64,000 nt of DNA from Octopus vulgaris (lineage: Eukaryota). Within the stretch, counting starts at the first letter, position 1. Each line of letters opens with the position of its first letter. Of this stretch, positions 1 to 13,362 are shown in pieces. The notes under the pieces were generated by a model that was given only the letters and a program-made list of their open reading frames with translations, searched no databases and was not told the DNA's origin. A program made the position numbers and the translations under genes. The stretch is from assembly GCA_951406725.2 (NCBI GenBank), contig OX597814.1, forward strand, positions 78,430,001-78,494,000, written 5' to 3'.

Positions 1-149
1 CTATGAAACCAGGCATTTTCTGGGACTGCAGAAGAAAGATCTTTGCAAAGTTTCAGTATAATTTTGTTTCCCCGGTCCATTTTATAAAATGGACAGGAAG
101 AATGAAAAGTGAAATATGATGATAGCAGTAATCTCCTGGTATACTAAAT

Positions 150-830
150 TTTTATTATTATCGTTGTTATTATTGTTATTATTATTATTATTATCATTAT
201 TATGGATAGGCTTCAACCTGGGCTGCAGCAACAAAGTCTACTTGCTGCACTTCTTTGTTCAACTTCACTACCTTGAGGTCATGGATACATTCTAGGCCAG
301 TGTCTGTGATTAAGTAGTCAATGTAAGTGTGACAATGTTTTCCTCTCTTTACATCACCATGAAGTGGATTCCACAAGACTAATTTGAAGATTTCCAGTTC
401 AGGGTGGCTCACGCAATGACCAGATAGTTACAACTGTCTTTGCCTGATCTTCACACCAACTTTTGGCAGGTCTCCATAAAGGCTTTCATTTGTCATATGT
501 TGCTGCCATTTCACATTTAGGGCAATTCATAGCATCCTTGTATAGCAGCCATCTAGCCCATTTGATAATTTCATTGTCAGTGTCCATATTTCACTGCCAT
601 ACAATTAGACAGTTGCAATGAACAGCATTTTCATTTGCTTGGGTAATTTGGGGTTTCAGACCTTCTTTAATTTGTGGCAAGCTGCTCATGCTTGTGCCTT
701 CCTGATTTTGATGTCTGCTTTTGAACTGCTCACCCAACCACCTAAGTTTGGTATCAACTTCATCATCAATGTCACCTTTGACATCATTAAGGTCATCAAT
801 GCTATGAATGACAGGATAAAAAAAATGTGG
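150..830 (-). mobile_element. Decayed RTE/RTE-X-like LINE 3' end
   Basis: Minus-strand translation GLDGCYTRML*IALNVKWQQHMTNES...SGHCVSHPELEIFKLVLWNPLHGDVKRGK..TYID is the typical post-RT C-terminus. (TAA)n tail at 150-200. Confidence 0.75.
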
Positions 831-2181
831 TTGATAAGAAAAATTTAGATATGATCCTACATTTGTGACATATGCATTGAAAGCCTATATAAATACCACA
901 GATATAATATTTTGAAACTTAGGCACTACTATATGCTATGTAACAATATTTTTAATTTCCAGAGCTATGAATTTCATCTTTCATTATTTTCAGCTTTTCA
1001 ATGTTTAGAAACATTATACAATGACTATGAATTAAGGAAAGTACTTATTTCAAAAATTAAATTGTGTTTCATGTCCATTTACACTTAGTCTGACAATTTT
1101 TATTGTTGTTTAGCTCCAAGTTGGCCTGCATTGTGTAGACTATGATCAAAGGCATTCCAGCCATTATCAGCAATTTTTCTCTCTCTTAGGCATAGTGTAG
1201 TTTGAACTACAACTTCTATGTCTTTAAAAAAAAAAGATTAGAGTATGATTTGAAGACAATTTTACAGCATTTTTATCAGATCAAGTATCTTATAGAATTT
1301 AGCCTGTCATTAGGCAATCGTTTACCCAATTATGTTCTAAAGTTAATTTCAGCCATTTATTTAATACCAGTGGGCAATGACACAAAGTATACAATGTTGC
1401 CAAAAGAGCATTATATATCAAGGAAAAAATGCAGACTACATTGACCTCCCAAGACTGGAATGTTCTATCAAGAGCTCTGAAAAAGTCTGAAAATAATGAA
1501 GTTAAAATCTTCCCTTTATAACCATAGAACACCTATTTTCAAAAACAAAATAATTGGCTTTCTTATATTATACAGCCTTCCATTATCCAAACGTCAATCA
1601 AAGATAGGGGTGATTAAGCAACAGTTTATCATTGTTAGTGAGCTATCAAAACTGATTCAATTATTGTGAACTTTAAATGTATTAGGTAAATGTAAAGAAC
1701 TAATGACTAAAAGTACACACAATCAAGCTAATGAGAGGGCTTTGACATAAAAGCTCATGCTACTAAAAAAAGCAATCAAATTTCTTTCATATTATTCAAC
1801 CATCATAAAAAAGAAGACACACAAAAAAAATTAGCCTCTTTAAAAAAATAGAAACAAGATGGCCTCAGCTGAAATGTCATCAACTCTCTGGTATTTAATC
1901 TAGTCATGTTCGTTCCAAATATTCTACCAGTTTTATGCTAAAATTGACCAGATCCAACCTTTCACACTTACTCTACAATGTCATTCTAAAAAATATACAA
2001 ATGCACCATTGAAATTTTGAAGCTACAAGCTAATGCATGAGTATTTCCAAATGTGAATAAATAAGCAATACATTTGACAAAGAAATCTAAATGCTAAAAG
2101 GTTAACATAAACAGGTCTACTTGATCTGAGCTAACCTGCAGCTAAACAAGTACACACAAATATAATACTTAAACTAATTCT

Positions 2182-2540
2182 TTTATTCTTTTACTTGTTT
2201 GTCATTTGACTGTGGCCATGCTAGAACACTGCTTTAAAGGGTTTTAATCGAAGAAATTGACCTCAGGTCTTATTCTTATTCTATCAGTCTCTTTTGCCGA
2301 ACCGCTAAGTTATGGGGGACAGAAACACACCAACATCAGTTTTCAAGAAGCGGTGGTGGGAGAACACAACACACACGCGCGACAGGTTTCCTTCAGTTTC
2401 AGTCTACCAAATTCACTCACAATGCTTTGATTGGCCCAAGGCTGTAGAAGACACTTGCCCAAAGTGCCACGTAATGGGACTGAACATGGAACTATGTGGT
2501 TGGAAAGCAAGCTTCTTATTACACAACCATGCCTGCACCT
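2182..2540 (-). mobile_element. SINE family A copy
   Basis: Colinear with 7735-8133. Confidence 0.8.
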
Positions 2541-3269
2541 GAGAAAAACAGTGTGCAAATGTGTGTGTGTGTAACTTTAACAAACCAGTCAATGTGATTC
2601 ATGTTTAACTTGAATTTCTATAAGCTGACACATGAAGGAAAAGAGTGAGACAGAAGGGGATGAAGGCTTGAACCAAATATTTAATGCAGGTTTAGGAAGT
2701 GAGAAAATAAAGATGATAGGAAGAGATGTGGTGAGGGCATCAGATGGGTTTTTTAGTAGTGCAATACACTGATACTGATTACAAGTTCAGAGAAACAGAA
2801 ACAACAGAGGGGAAAAAAAAACAAAGCAAAACATTGGGCTAATTGTTAGTGTATTGGTAAGTGAAAACTTGCCAGTTTATTAGATGGTTTCTTCTTTGGT
2901 TTTTATGTAAACTGAATGTGAGCACGTGTCAGCTTTGTTCCAGAAATGTTAGTAGTACTTTAATATGAATAGTAAATGTGCCTTGTAGAGAAAGAACAAG
3001 CAGCTGTTCAGTGTTGAATTAATTTCTAGCCTTAAAGAAGAGGTCCTATGAGATATAATTTTGATTATAGTTATTGATGTATAATTTGCTATGAAAATTC
3101 TGGCTTAATACTTAATGCATTTGCCAGAGAATAACATGCACTTTTACACTTTAAAAAAAAGTTACTTTTCTGTCTAAAGTTATTTTCCTAGGAAACAAAT
3201 TATTTTGTTTTTAAATTAAGATCCACTACTATAGAGGGAAAAAATAAGGTACATAACAATATCTAAGCA

Positions 3270-3486
3270 TTAACCCTTTACCTGTCCAAAGCATTTTCAT
3301 AAGTTTGCCCTAAGCACCCATACTTGTTTCCAAATTTTTAGTTGTCCCTGTATCATATATTCTGAATAATATCTTTCCTTTCATTATGTCCCACAAAAAA
3401 TTGGGCATGTATCACATAAGATACATAAACTCCAGGGAAAAGTGTCCTGGGTATCATATGTGATACACAGGCAAGCAAAGGGTTAA
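3270..3486. mobile_element. piggyBac-type MITE
   Basis: TTAA-CCCTTT...AAAGGG-TTAA termini (TTAA target-site duplication). Confidence 0.75.
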
Positions 3487-3543
3487 ATTAATATATACCA
3501 GCACAGTGCAAAAAATCTCATTTATTTGATCCTTTGTAAAATA

Positions 3544-3926
3544 TTGGGTTGGCAAGAAAGTAATTTTTGTTTTTTAGTGTAAAATAAAAATCATTTTTTT
3601 TTTCATACAAAGAATGAACTTTAATCAATTATATATTTTCCATTTTGTTCAATGACCTTCTGACTCTTTTTTTTTCCATTTGAAGAAAATCTCTGAGCGC
3701 TTTTGTTTTTATGTGAACACAGATATCTTTTTTGATACCACCTTCCAATTCCATAAAATGTAGCCTATAATGTAACACACTCAACACAAGCCAAGCTACT
3801 TTCCACTTGGAAAGTGGACTGGCCTATCTATAAGTAAGATCAGCAGCATCATTAAATCTAACATTTCATTTGGTTAGATCCTCCCTAGCTTTGGAAATTA
3901 GTATCTTACTTAAAGCACCAACCCAA
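3544..3926 (-). mobile_element. Internally deleted mariner (Tc1/mariner) element
   Basis: TIRs ttgggttgg.../...ccaacccaa with TA on the left. Minus strand 3621-3662 encodes QKVIEQNGKYIID*, a mariner transposase C-terminus, directly abutting an ATG GAA AAA start. Confidence 0.8.
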
Positions 3927-4509
3927 TTATTTTATGATTCAAGAGTGGGGGGGGTCAGTTATTGGATAAGCTCTACAAAGTATATACATCCAATCACAAT
4001 CCAGTTGTATATAAAACGCAATCAATTTATTCACATTTAAATTTTTCCTCCCAAGGAAATGAATTCCAAATGCAAATCATAAAGAGAACAATGCCCAATG
4101 TTTCTTCTGCAAGTGAATACAGGAAACAATTCAATGGTTTTGTAGCATTTAAACACAACACACACACACATTATATATATTGTACAAACTGACAAATCTT
4201 AATAAATAGTTCAGGTTTAAAAACTGGATATAATTATGCTTACGTGATTAAATGAATGAGTACCTGACCGGAGATTATTTAGTTTAAAAGTTCAAAGTGT
4301 CAAGAATTTGTTTAGAGAATTGCAATCTTTGTCACTGATGACATGTTTCTCACTATCAGAAACAATTTGATAGCAAGTGTTTGATAATTTTAAAAAATTG
4401 CATAAAACAGGTAACGGGAACTGTTTCAGCTCACACCTTACAAGTTTACCAGGCAGTCTCCTGAGTTTCTTGGTAGTTTTGCAATAAGGGACCAGGCCCT
4501 TCGATGGTA

Positions 4510-4867
4510 AAACTGAAAGATTCAGCCAAGAAAAATTCAACTGACTGATCACTTATGACAGTATGAAGATTTGGTGACATGGCTCTATACACCAGACTAC
4601 AAATGAAAATTGGTGTATAATGTACTAGTTGAAATCTTGATGATCAGAGTGAAACTGAATCTAAAGACAGCAACCAGGTACAGATTGTTCACCCTATTTA
4701 AACATCAACTGATCAAAACTGGACAAACCCTTTCCTGTATTTTGTTAACTGTTAGGGTATTCCACCACATCATTTTATTAAGTGTCATAGAGATTCACCA
4801 AGGTGTTGTTTTTAAAGTCTGCTGTCTCCAAACCTCTAGAAATCCCAACACACACTTTGGGCTGGGC
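4510..4867. repeat. Dispersed repeat, second copy at 12176-12514 (probable DNA-transposon remnant)
   Basis: ~350-bp colinear similarity, e.g. tatacaccagactacaaatgaaaat and ctctagaaatccca..cacactttgg in both copies. Confidence 0.75.
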
Positions 4868-5023
4868 TCCGCATATACATTCTGGTACCCAAAGATTGTA
4901 TCATGTCTTTGAAGAACAACACAACCATCATGTTTAATCATATAGAAATGGACAAAGGTTAATCTCATTGTTAAAATGTTGAAATTTTACTAATAGAACA
5001 GAAGAATATTTAGAGAAAGATAC

Positions 5024-5130
5024 TTATGGCCGGTTCATAAGGCAACCCAGGGTTTCGCATCCATAAAGTCTAAGTAAAGCTAAGCACTTTAGGACACAAA
5101 ACCCTGGGTAACCTTATGAACTGACCATAA
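5024..5130. repeat. 107-bp inverted repeat carrying hammerhead 3' halves
   Basis: ttatggccggttcataaggcaacccagggttt / aaaccctgggtaaccttatgaactgaccataa. Each arm reads (G/A)AAACCCTGGGT(T/A). Confidence 0.8.
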
Positions 5131-5136
5131 CTCTCA

Positions 5137-5201
<65 letters not shown>

Positions 5202-5204
5202 ATA

Positions 5205-5420
5205 AAAAAAAACAAGAAAAACACAACGCGAGGACGTGGTACATGCAAAGTATTAAAAGATGCTCAGGGAAGGAAAGAAAGAGTGTTTTACGTTTCAAGC
5301 AATGCTCTTCTTCAGAAACAGGAAACAGAGGAAAGTCCAAGAGAAAAGGAAGATGGATAAAAAAATTTTTTTTTTTTTTTAAATCGCTAACAATCCAGAT
5401 GTAGTTACATTTTATCATTT
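5205..5420 (-). mobile_element. Solo Penelope-like pLTR fragment (family also at 22160-22345+ and 50520-50710+)
   Basis: The three copies share the segments ...cctgtttctgaagaagagc...ttccttccctgagc...cacgtcctcgcgttgtg..., and all abut (TA)n. Confidence 0.6.
5284..5320 (-). ncRNA. Minimal hammerhead ribozyme motif (Penelope pLTR type)
   Basis: Minus strand TGTTT-CTGAAGA-A-GAGCATTGCTT-GAAA-CG-TA-AAACA: 5-bp stem I, 4-bp stem II, stem III reduced to palindrome ACGT, GUA triplet. Confidence 0.7.
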
Positions 5421-5477
5421 GTAGAAAACATAAATCCAGAGAAGGACCATACTCAAAGATGTGGAGCTGTGTATATT

Positions 5478-5848
5478 TTAATGGGGAAGGCCAGTTTATG
5501 GGATTGCCATGGGTTTCCTGTCTATAAAGGGTTTAGCTTTATGGCATATCATCAAACCCCAAACTCTGTTGGCCAAAGACCTCTTCAAAATATGGAGTGG
5601 GGAAAATCTTCACTACAAAGGTAAACAGGAGATCATCTCCCTTTGCCATTGCCTGTCAGAAGTCGATAGCCAATAGTGAAGGGAGATAATCCCCTATTGT
5701 TTACCTTTGTGGTGAAGCTTTTCCTCACTCCATATTTTGAAGAGGTCTTAGGCCAACAGGTTTTGGGGGTCTGATGTTATGTCATAAAGCTAAACCCTTT
5801 ATAGACAGGAAACCCAGGCTAATCCCATAAACCAGCCTTCCCCATTAA
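5478..5848. repeat. 371-bp imperfect palindrome made of two inverted copies of a hammerhead-bearing unit
   Basis: ttaatggggaaggccagtttatgggatt... pairs with ...aatcccataaaccagccttccccattaa along almost the whole length with a tiny loop. Decayed hammerheads at 5500-5560(-) and 5766-5826(+). Confidence 0.9.
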
Positions 5849-6242
5849 TATGTATGTATGTATCATCATCATTTAACGTCCATTCTCCATGCTAGCATGT
5901 ATGTATGTATATACAGACATACTAATTGGTTAAAATAGCATTTTTCTTCTCTTACAATCAACATATATTTATCTTTATGTATGTTTAATATATTTTAACA
6001 GCCACAAAATTTTTAATCTGATTCATAATTTTTTAAATTGGTTTTCTATTTTAAACAAAAACATATACATGGATGCATGGTTAAAAAAAAGTTAAGTTTT
6101 CAACCACATGATCTTGAGCTCAATCCCACTGTATAGAACTTTGAGTAAGTGTTTTCTACAGCCTGAAATGTTGGTGGAAGGGAAGTGTACAGAGCCTGTG
6201 TGTATATAGGCATTTGTGTGTATATACATACAATGTGTGTGA

Positions 6243-6277
<35 letters not shown>

Positions 6278-7642
6278 CATGTAAGTGTGCATGCATGTAT
6301 ATGTATGTGTTTGTCTCCACATGCCTTCACATTGGTGCCATTTGGACAGTTGCACCATTTATTTATAATTTGTTCAAAGAACATGTCCAGCAGCTCAAGC
6401 AATTCAACATGTTAAGACCAACAGAATAGAGTACCTTACTTGAAAATCAAGTAAACTTTGGCATCAAGGTCATTCAGCTACAAAAGAATGTCACAACCCA
6501 TGCCAACATGGAAAATGTGAACATAAAAACAAATGATGTTGATGATAAAGTAAATTCATAACAAAGTAAATGTCAGCTTAAACAGCAATAAAATAAATGT
6601 TCTGCTTTTTAAGGGTCAATTTCATGAATGGCAATATTTTTTTTGTTTTTTTTTTATTAAAATCTAAAAATCAATATTTTGAGAGAAGTGAAGATGCCTT
6701 CTTTGCTAGCTGGTAATAGGATCAATATTTTCACTGAATGAAACAAAACGTAAATAAATACATAAGCCTCACTCTAGTGATGATATACTCATTAACTTAT
6801 ATTGATTGTCAGGTAAGAACATTGTTATTGGCAAATAATGAATATATTTTCATAAATATCTTTGGGCAGCTGTCATTATTTAATGATTTTGTTTGCGATT
6901 TTGAAATTTTTTTAATTATTTCCATTTTTTCTCTCAGACATTGACATAAGTCCACATAGGCCTGGACTTGAATAAAAGAATATATCTTCTTAACAGAAGT
7001 TGTGTAGAATAATGTTATGAACATGATAATGGTAATATTAATGAGTTCAGGACTAAAGAATTGATTTCCAGAGCACATAAGAAGCAACTGCTTGGTAATC
7101 TACATTAATTTTCAAGTTATTTATAGCTTGTTTTTAATGTTTGCCCTGAATAATGGCATGACTAAATATTTTTTATTTTGTTTTGTTTTTAACTTCAAAA
7201 TAGCTAATATAAATACCAGTAATGTGTTGAGAATTAGATCATCTGATAGCATTCCTTTATAGAGTATGACTGAGTCGTAATGTTAAAATGATCGTTATTA
7301 TTGTCAATGTAGGAAGAATCAATAGAGCTGCCTAATAGTAATTAGCAGCATCCTTTTATCTATTTCTCCTTTAGTTTTTACTTCTTTCAGTCATTGGACT
7401 GTGGCCATGCTGGGGCACCACCATCAAGAGCATACTCAAACAAATTAACCCTATTATGTATTTTTTTTTAAAGTTAGGTGCATATTCAACTGGTCTCTTT
7501 TGCCAAGCTGGTAACTCACAGGCATGTAAACAAACCATCAACAGTTTTCAAGTGGAGAGAGAAGGGAGCAAACAAGCACAAAGAGACACACACACATAAC
7601 AACATATATATATATAAAAAAACATAACAATATATATATATA

Positions 7643-9630
7643 CTAGCAGAGATACCCGACATTACCCATGTTACATGCAATTGAAGAATTAGACTTTTCT
7701 GTTATATTTTCTGTAATGAACTGGAATACCTATACTCTTTACTCTTACTCTTTTACTTCTTTCAGTCATTTTGACTGCGGCCATGCTGGAGCACCGCCTT
7801 TAGTCGAGCAAATCGACCCTGGGACTTATTCTTTGTAAGCCCAGTACTTATTCTATCGGTCTCTTTTGCCGAACCGCTAAGTAACAGGGACGTAAACACA
7901 CCAGCATCGGTTGTCAAGCAATGCTAGGGGGACAAACACACACATACATATATATATATATACATATATACGACAGGCTTCTTTCAGTTTCCGTCTACCA
8001 AATCCACTCACAAGGCATTGGTCGGCCCGGGGTTATAGCAGAAGACACTTGCCCAAGATGCCACACAGTGGGACTGAGCCCGGGATCATGTGGTTGGTTA
8101 GCAAGCTACTTACCACACAGCCACTCCTACGCCTATGTTTTGAATTTCATCAAAATTGCAGATGAGGGTTATTGTAATCATGCTACATGTATCCCATACT
8201 ACTGATTTTTATGCACATATTCTAAAATTCCAGTCTTATAGAACCTGTTAAAAGGATTTTACTCCTGAAAAATGGAGGACATGGAGCTCTAAAAATGTGA
8301 GAATTAAGGCACCTATTGGGAGTGGGTGTCTTAATGTCAACCAGAGAAGCTGAATTGTTGAGAATCTTTTTAACTTGGGTCTTATATCTATTGTTCGAAT
8401 TTCTTTGAAATAGGAAATATATGTTCACTGGGTTTGTAAAAGAGAGCAAAGCTACAGGAAACCAATAAACGAATGATCACAATAAGCAGTCAGCTACCCT
8501 ACCCTAGTAATTACCACTCCCAATGTAGGATTCTTCACCATCCAGGTGACAGGCACAGATGTAAGATGCATTATGAATCTATAGCAATTGGAAGGGCGTG
8601 ACCCAACTGAAATAAACATTAAAAACTGTGTGACGTGAAGGCTAAGGAGAAATGAAAGAGTTACCTCTGGAGTTTGCTAATGACCACTATACTGATACGT
8701 AACTGGGCAGAATAAATTTACAACCTATAAATGTCTTTGAATAACCAGTCACTCATCTGGGAAGGCCTTGAAATCAATGTTACCATCTGGGGACTACGTG
8801 AGACCCAGTGATAATAAAAAGATTGAAAGGAGGTCTGCAACCAAATAACTTTACTCAACACTTTGCAACTGAATCAGTGGAGGCAAAGATGTCTCATTTA
8901 TTTGACAATTTATGCACCACATTGCAGAAATCACATGTCAAAGCAAACTCTTACACTGTTGTACCATTGAATTACAAATAATGCTCATCTTTTATGCTCG
9001 GGTGACCCTACAGCTTCCAAGAGTACAACTGTATTCATCTTTGCTTAGATAAAATGACTAAATTGTGGGTGTTAAGTCCCTATGAAGGGGTCTTTCTAAC
9101 TTGTAAGAAGATGAAATTTTATAAATATTACTTCATTTGTGTCTAATATCTATGGTTAAAATTTCATCAACAGCAAAAATATATGAATTGTCATGGGGGT
9201 TATGACATTCCAAATTTTGTAAAGATCCATTCAATACTTTTGACTTAGTTTTGACAATAGTTTTGGATCATAAAAGGTGAAATGGAAACTTTGAGAATAC
9301 TTCTGATATGTGTCAATTACCTATGATTGAAATTTCACCAACATCGAAAATTTATGAATTTTCAAGGGGGTTCTGCCCCCTCTAAGCCATCTGAAATTCA
9401 AACCAAACATATTGCATTATACCTGCCCTTATGCATTGAATCTAAGTTTCAAATATCATAAGGATCCATTCAGTAATTTTGGTTCATGAAATTGTATGAA
9501 ACATACAGCATTACCCTTCTCCCTAGGCTTGGATTTAGTGTTCCAAATTTCATTATGATTGGTGCAGCAGTTTTTGAATGTATAAGTAACACATGAAGAC
9601 ATTGACTTTGATATAACAGAAATGAATATG
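7643..9630 (-). mobile_element. Probable non-autonomous Helitron, interrupted by a SINE
   Basis: Minus-strand 3' end has a hairpin remnant followed by CTAG (plus strand tactagcagagatacccgacattacccatg). The 5' region at ~9540-9630 has the usual aaactgctgcaccaatcataatgaaatttgg motif. Confidence 0.45.
7735..8133 (-). mobile_element. tRNA-derived SINE family A, low-divergence full-length copy
   Basis: Head GGCGTAGGAGTGGCTGTGTGGTAAG..., CORE-like CTTGGGCAAGTGTCTTC, internal (TG)/(TA) tract and (GAGTAA)-like tail. Resembles octopus OR/OK SINEs. Confidence 0.85.
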
Positions 9631-9833
9631 CACATATACATACATGTATATATATATGTGTGTGTGTATTATATATACACACACACAAAGATAAATTGAT
9701 AGATACAACTGAGTGGGCAAACAAAAATATGAGACACAGCCTAGTGATTTTTTTTATGTTGATAAGCCGGGTACTTATTCTATTAGTTTCCTCTTGTGAA
9801 ACCAGTAAGTTATGGGGATGTAAATAAATGAAC

Positions 9834-9867
<34 letters not shown>

Positions 9868-9869
<2 letters not shown>

Positions 9870-10340
9870 CATCATCATCATCATCATCATTTAACATCTG
9901 CTTTCCATGCTAGCATGGGTTGGACGATTTGACTGAGGTTTGACAAACCAGACTCCAATCTGATCTGGCAGAGCTTCTACAGCTGGATGCCCTTCCACTC
10001 CGAGAGTGCAAACCACTCCAAGAGTGTAGTGGGTACTTTTACGTGCTACCAGCACGAGGGCCAGTTTGGTGGTACTGGCAACGGCCATGCCCAAATAGTG
10101 CTTTTTACGTGCCACCTGCACAGGAGCCAGTCCAGCGGCACTGGCGATGACCTCACTCAAATGTTTCACGTGTCACCAGCACAAGTGCTAGTAAGGCGAC
10201 GCGGTAACGAGCACGCTCGAATGGTGTGCTTAAATGTGCCATCGGCATGAAGGCCAGCTTGTGGCTCTGGCAACGATCTCACTTTTATGGTACTCTTAGC
10301 GCTCCACTAGCAATGGATGCCAGTCATCGAGTTTGATTTC
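9868..10340 (-). mobile_element. Retroposon family D with RTE-like (GAT)n tail and internal tandem subrepeats (related pieces at ~37580-37820, 46110-46240, 48300-48520, 54170-54360, 56005-56395)
   Basis: Shared tail ...ccaacccatgctagcatggaaagc.gacgttaaatgatgatgat and repeated tttacgtgccacc units. Confidence 0.7.
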
Positions 10341-10467
10341 AAAAAAAAGAAATCATTGTTCTAAAGCATAATGATACTAACCAATGGTTCAAGAACTGGT
10401 CTATCTTCAATGAAAGCTGCAGGAAGGTCATCTTCTGGTTGCTCTTTGTCTTCCAAAAGATTAGTCG

Positions 10468-10499
<32 letters not shown>

Positions 10500-10528
10500 T
10501 GTGTGTATATATATATATATATATGTAC

Positions 10529-10565
<37 letters not shown>

Positions 10566-10568
<3 letters not shown>

Positions 10569-11255
10569 TGGTTGTATAATGTCAACATAACGTGACAGTC
10601 CCGTAGAGGGAATTACACCAATGTTATATAGCCCTAGGAAGCATCGACGCTTCCTGTTGGCTTTGACACATTCCTGTGTCCGTATATTTGCAAGGGGGAG
10701 GCAAGCACCCCCACCAGCTAGAACTAGCAACCTGGAGACATGCATGTTTCTGGGTCTTGTCCGTCGTCAGTCCAGGGTAGCGTGTCCTCGCTAGCGGTGA
10801 CACTTACCAAGCCCTCGCAAATATATCTATTTACAGTGAAATTTATTCACTGGTCACCGTAATTAGAAATATTGAATTTCTAAATGTCTCAACGAGACAT
10901 GAGCGGTGGTGGAGCGATAGAGTGGTTGTGTGAAGTCAGCATAACCGCGAAAACTAGCAGCCATGAAGGGGCGCCTCTCATCTCTTGGAGAAGGAATACT
11001 TAGTTGTAGGTATAGGAAACCTAATTGAGGGAGAGATATGTTGCAGATTTAGGGGAGATGCGTGAGCCAAATTTATCGTAGACATCAATAAGCAATAGGA
11101 ACTATAGAATTATATATATATTTAACATGAGACGTGAGGCTGAAATAGACAGAGTCAAACAGAATAGAGATAAACTAAAAAGGTTAATCAATTGCGCAGA
11201 AATATTACTAGGTAGTTAACGGGTTGAATTTAAAGGAATGCTTATCAGTGGTTCA

Positions 11256-11256
<1 letters not shown>
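10566..11256 (-). mobile_element. CpG-rich hammerhead-containing insertion in a (TA)n tract, probable Penelope-like pLTR fragment
   Basis: Bounded by TA microsatellites, with more CpG than the flanks, several short hairpins and the hammerhead at 10731-10776(-). Confidence 0.55.
10731..10776 (-). ncRNA. Minimal type I hammerhead ribozyme motif (intact core)
   Basis: Minus strand CCTGGA-CTGACGA-CGGACAAGACCCA-GAAA-CATGCATG-TC-TCCAGG: 6-bp stem I, palindromic stem III ACATGCATGT, GUC cleavage triplet, weak stem II. Confidence 0.75.
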
Positions 11257-11492
<236 letters not shown>

Positions 11493-13362
11493 TAGATGAC
11501 AGACTTCCACTAGATTCCAGGATCCAAATTTACTCACAATGCATTGATTGAAACAAGGCTCTAGCAAAAAAAACACTTCCCAAGGCACCATGCATGGAGA
11601 TTGAACCCAAAACTGAGTGCTTTCCAAGTATGCTTCTTAACCACACACCCATGCATTTATATCCCAAGTACAAACCACACACATAGATAGACTGAAGCTT
11701 TCATCCTATTTAACTAACACCCAGCACCTGCCATCTCCACATGCAACAGAAAGGAAAAGTGGAATCCTGTGCCAGTGCTAGAAATAACTCAGTAAACTCA
11801 TTTTGAACCTTTGTAACATGAATCAACAAATTTATTGCCAGTTCAAGCTTACAATGGAATTTTTTCTGATGTATGTTAAATAACTCCAGTTTTCAACATG
11901 ACAAGATAATGGTTTGAAATTTACACTTATTTATAACTACTTCATAACATAAAATACATACATAAATAAAATAGTTTTAACTACGTAAATTTTAAAAGGT
12001 TACATTTGGCTAGAGAATATATCATAGCAAATAAATGGCATTCAATAATTATTAGAGCAACTAAATAGTAAAATGTTGGTAAACTGATGCTATAACATGC
12101 CATGTACAATTTTCTTTTCACAATAACAGACCAGACTCTTCCAAGTCAGATACTCTAATTAGTAGGATATTGTCAAACTGAAAGACTCAGGCAGGAAAAA
12201 TTCAATTGACTGATCACTTTTGACAGGCTGAGCATTTGGTGATGTAGCTTTATACACCAGACTACAAATGAAAATCAGTATACAATGTAGTAATTGAACC
12301 CTTTATGACTGGAGTGAAACTGACTGAAACTAAAGACAGCCCCCAAATATAGATTGCTCACCCTATTTGAACATCTCTAACAGATGAAAACTAGACAAAC
12401 CCTTTCATGCATTTTGTTAACTGTTATAGCATTCCACCACATCCACCACATCATTTTATTAAAGTCTGCTGTCTCAAAAGCTCTAGAAATCCCAATACAC
12501 ACTTTGGTCTGAGCATTTGGTGATTTAGACCTTTACATCAGGTGGATGGGTGTCAGATTCAACAGAACTTTGAAAACAAAATATATTATGATACAGAGAA
12601 AACAATGGTGCCTGTTGTGGCCCCTGACCATACCAGCTCTGGTCAAACCATCCAGCCAATATGAGCATGGAAAATGGATGTTAAATGATGATGATAGCTT
12701 CAAATCTCTTATAAATTGCACTAATTTACAAGAAAGAACTTCAAATTCCTTTGGCTGCCAACCCTTTTGGTACCAACCCACCTGAGACCACCCTTGGTTC
12801 TGTGATACAAACTTCTCATCTTAAAATGATCTAAATGAAAATCTTCCATCAAAATTTCATAATTTATATTCCAAAACACAAGCTTAATAAGAACACAATT
12901 ATTTTAATAAATTCTTTATTGGTTTCAAAATTAATTGAAACAAAGGCAGAGCATTTCAACAGAAATATGGTAACAAAAGTGTTAAGTAGACAAGATAATG
13001 AGGGTATGATATTAGTTCATCACAGATAATACTCAAAGTAGGTTTGATAGCTCTTTCCTCAACAAGGTAAATTGGATTCAGTAAAGTTAAGTGCTATGTT
13101 TGAAAACAAATATAATCATAGTCCCACTACTTCCAAGTGTTGGCAGCATAATCTCCCTACTACCTAAGCCATTCTATTTCCAAACAAGCAGTCCAATTCA
13201 TAGATGTGTGAGAAATGAATTTAATACTTAATATGGTATAATACTATTTGTGCCAGACAAGTGAAAGTAGAAGATCACTCAACATGCTAGATCAAACAGT
13301 CAAATTACCTTTAAATACCACCCTACTATTTTAAAGATGAGATCTAAGACTGAACAACATAT

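Noticed and set aside
3980-4005. Minus-strand DWM codons as a possible next SNX13 exon
   Set aside because: The surrounding peptide (QLDCDWMYIL) does not match SKEVDW.PYFT and there are no suitable splice sites.
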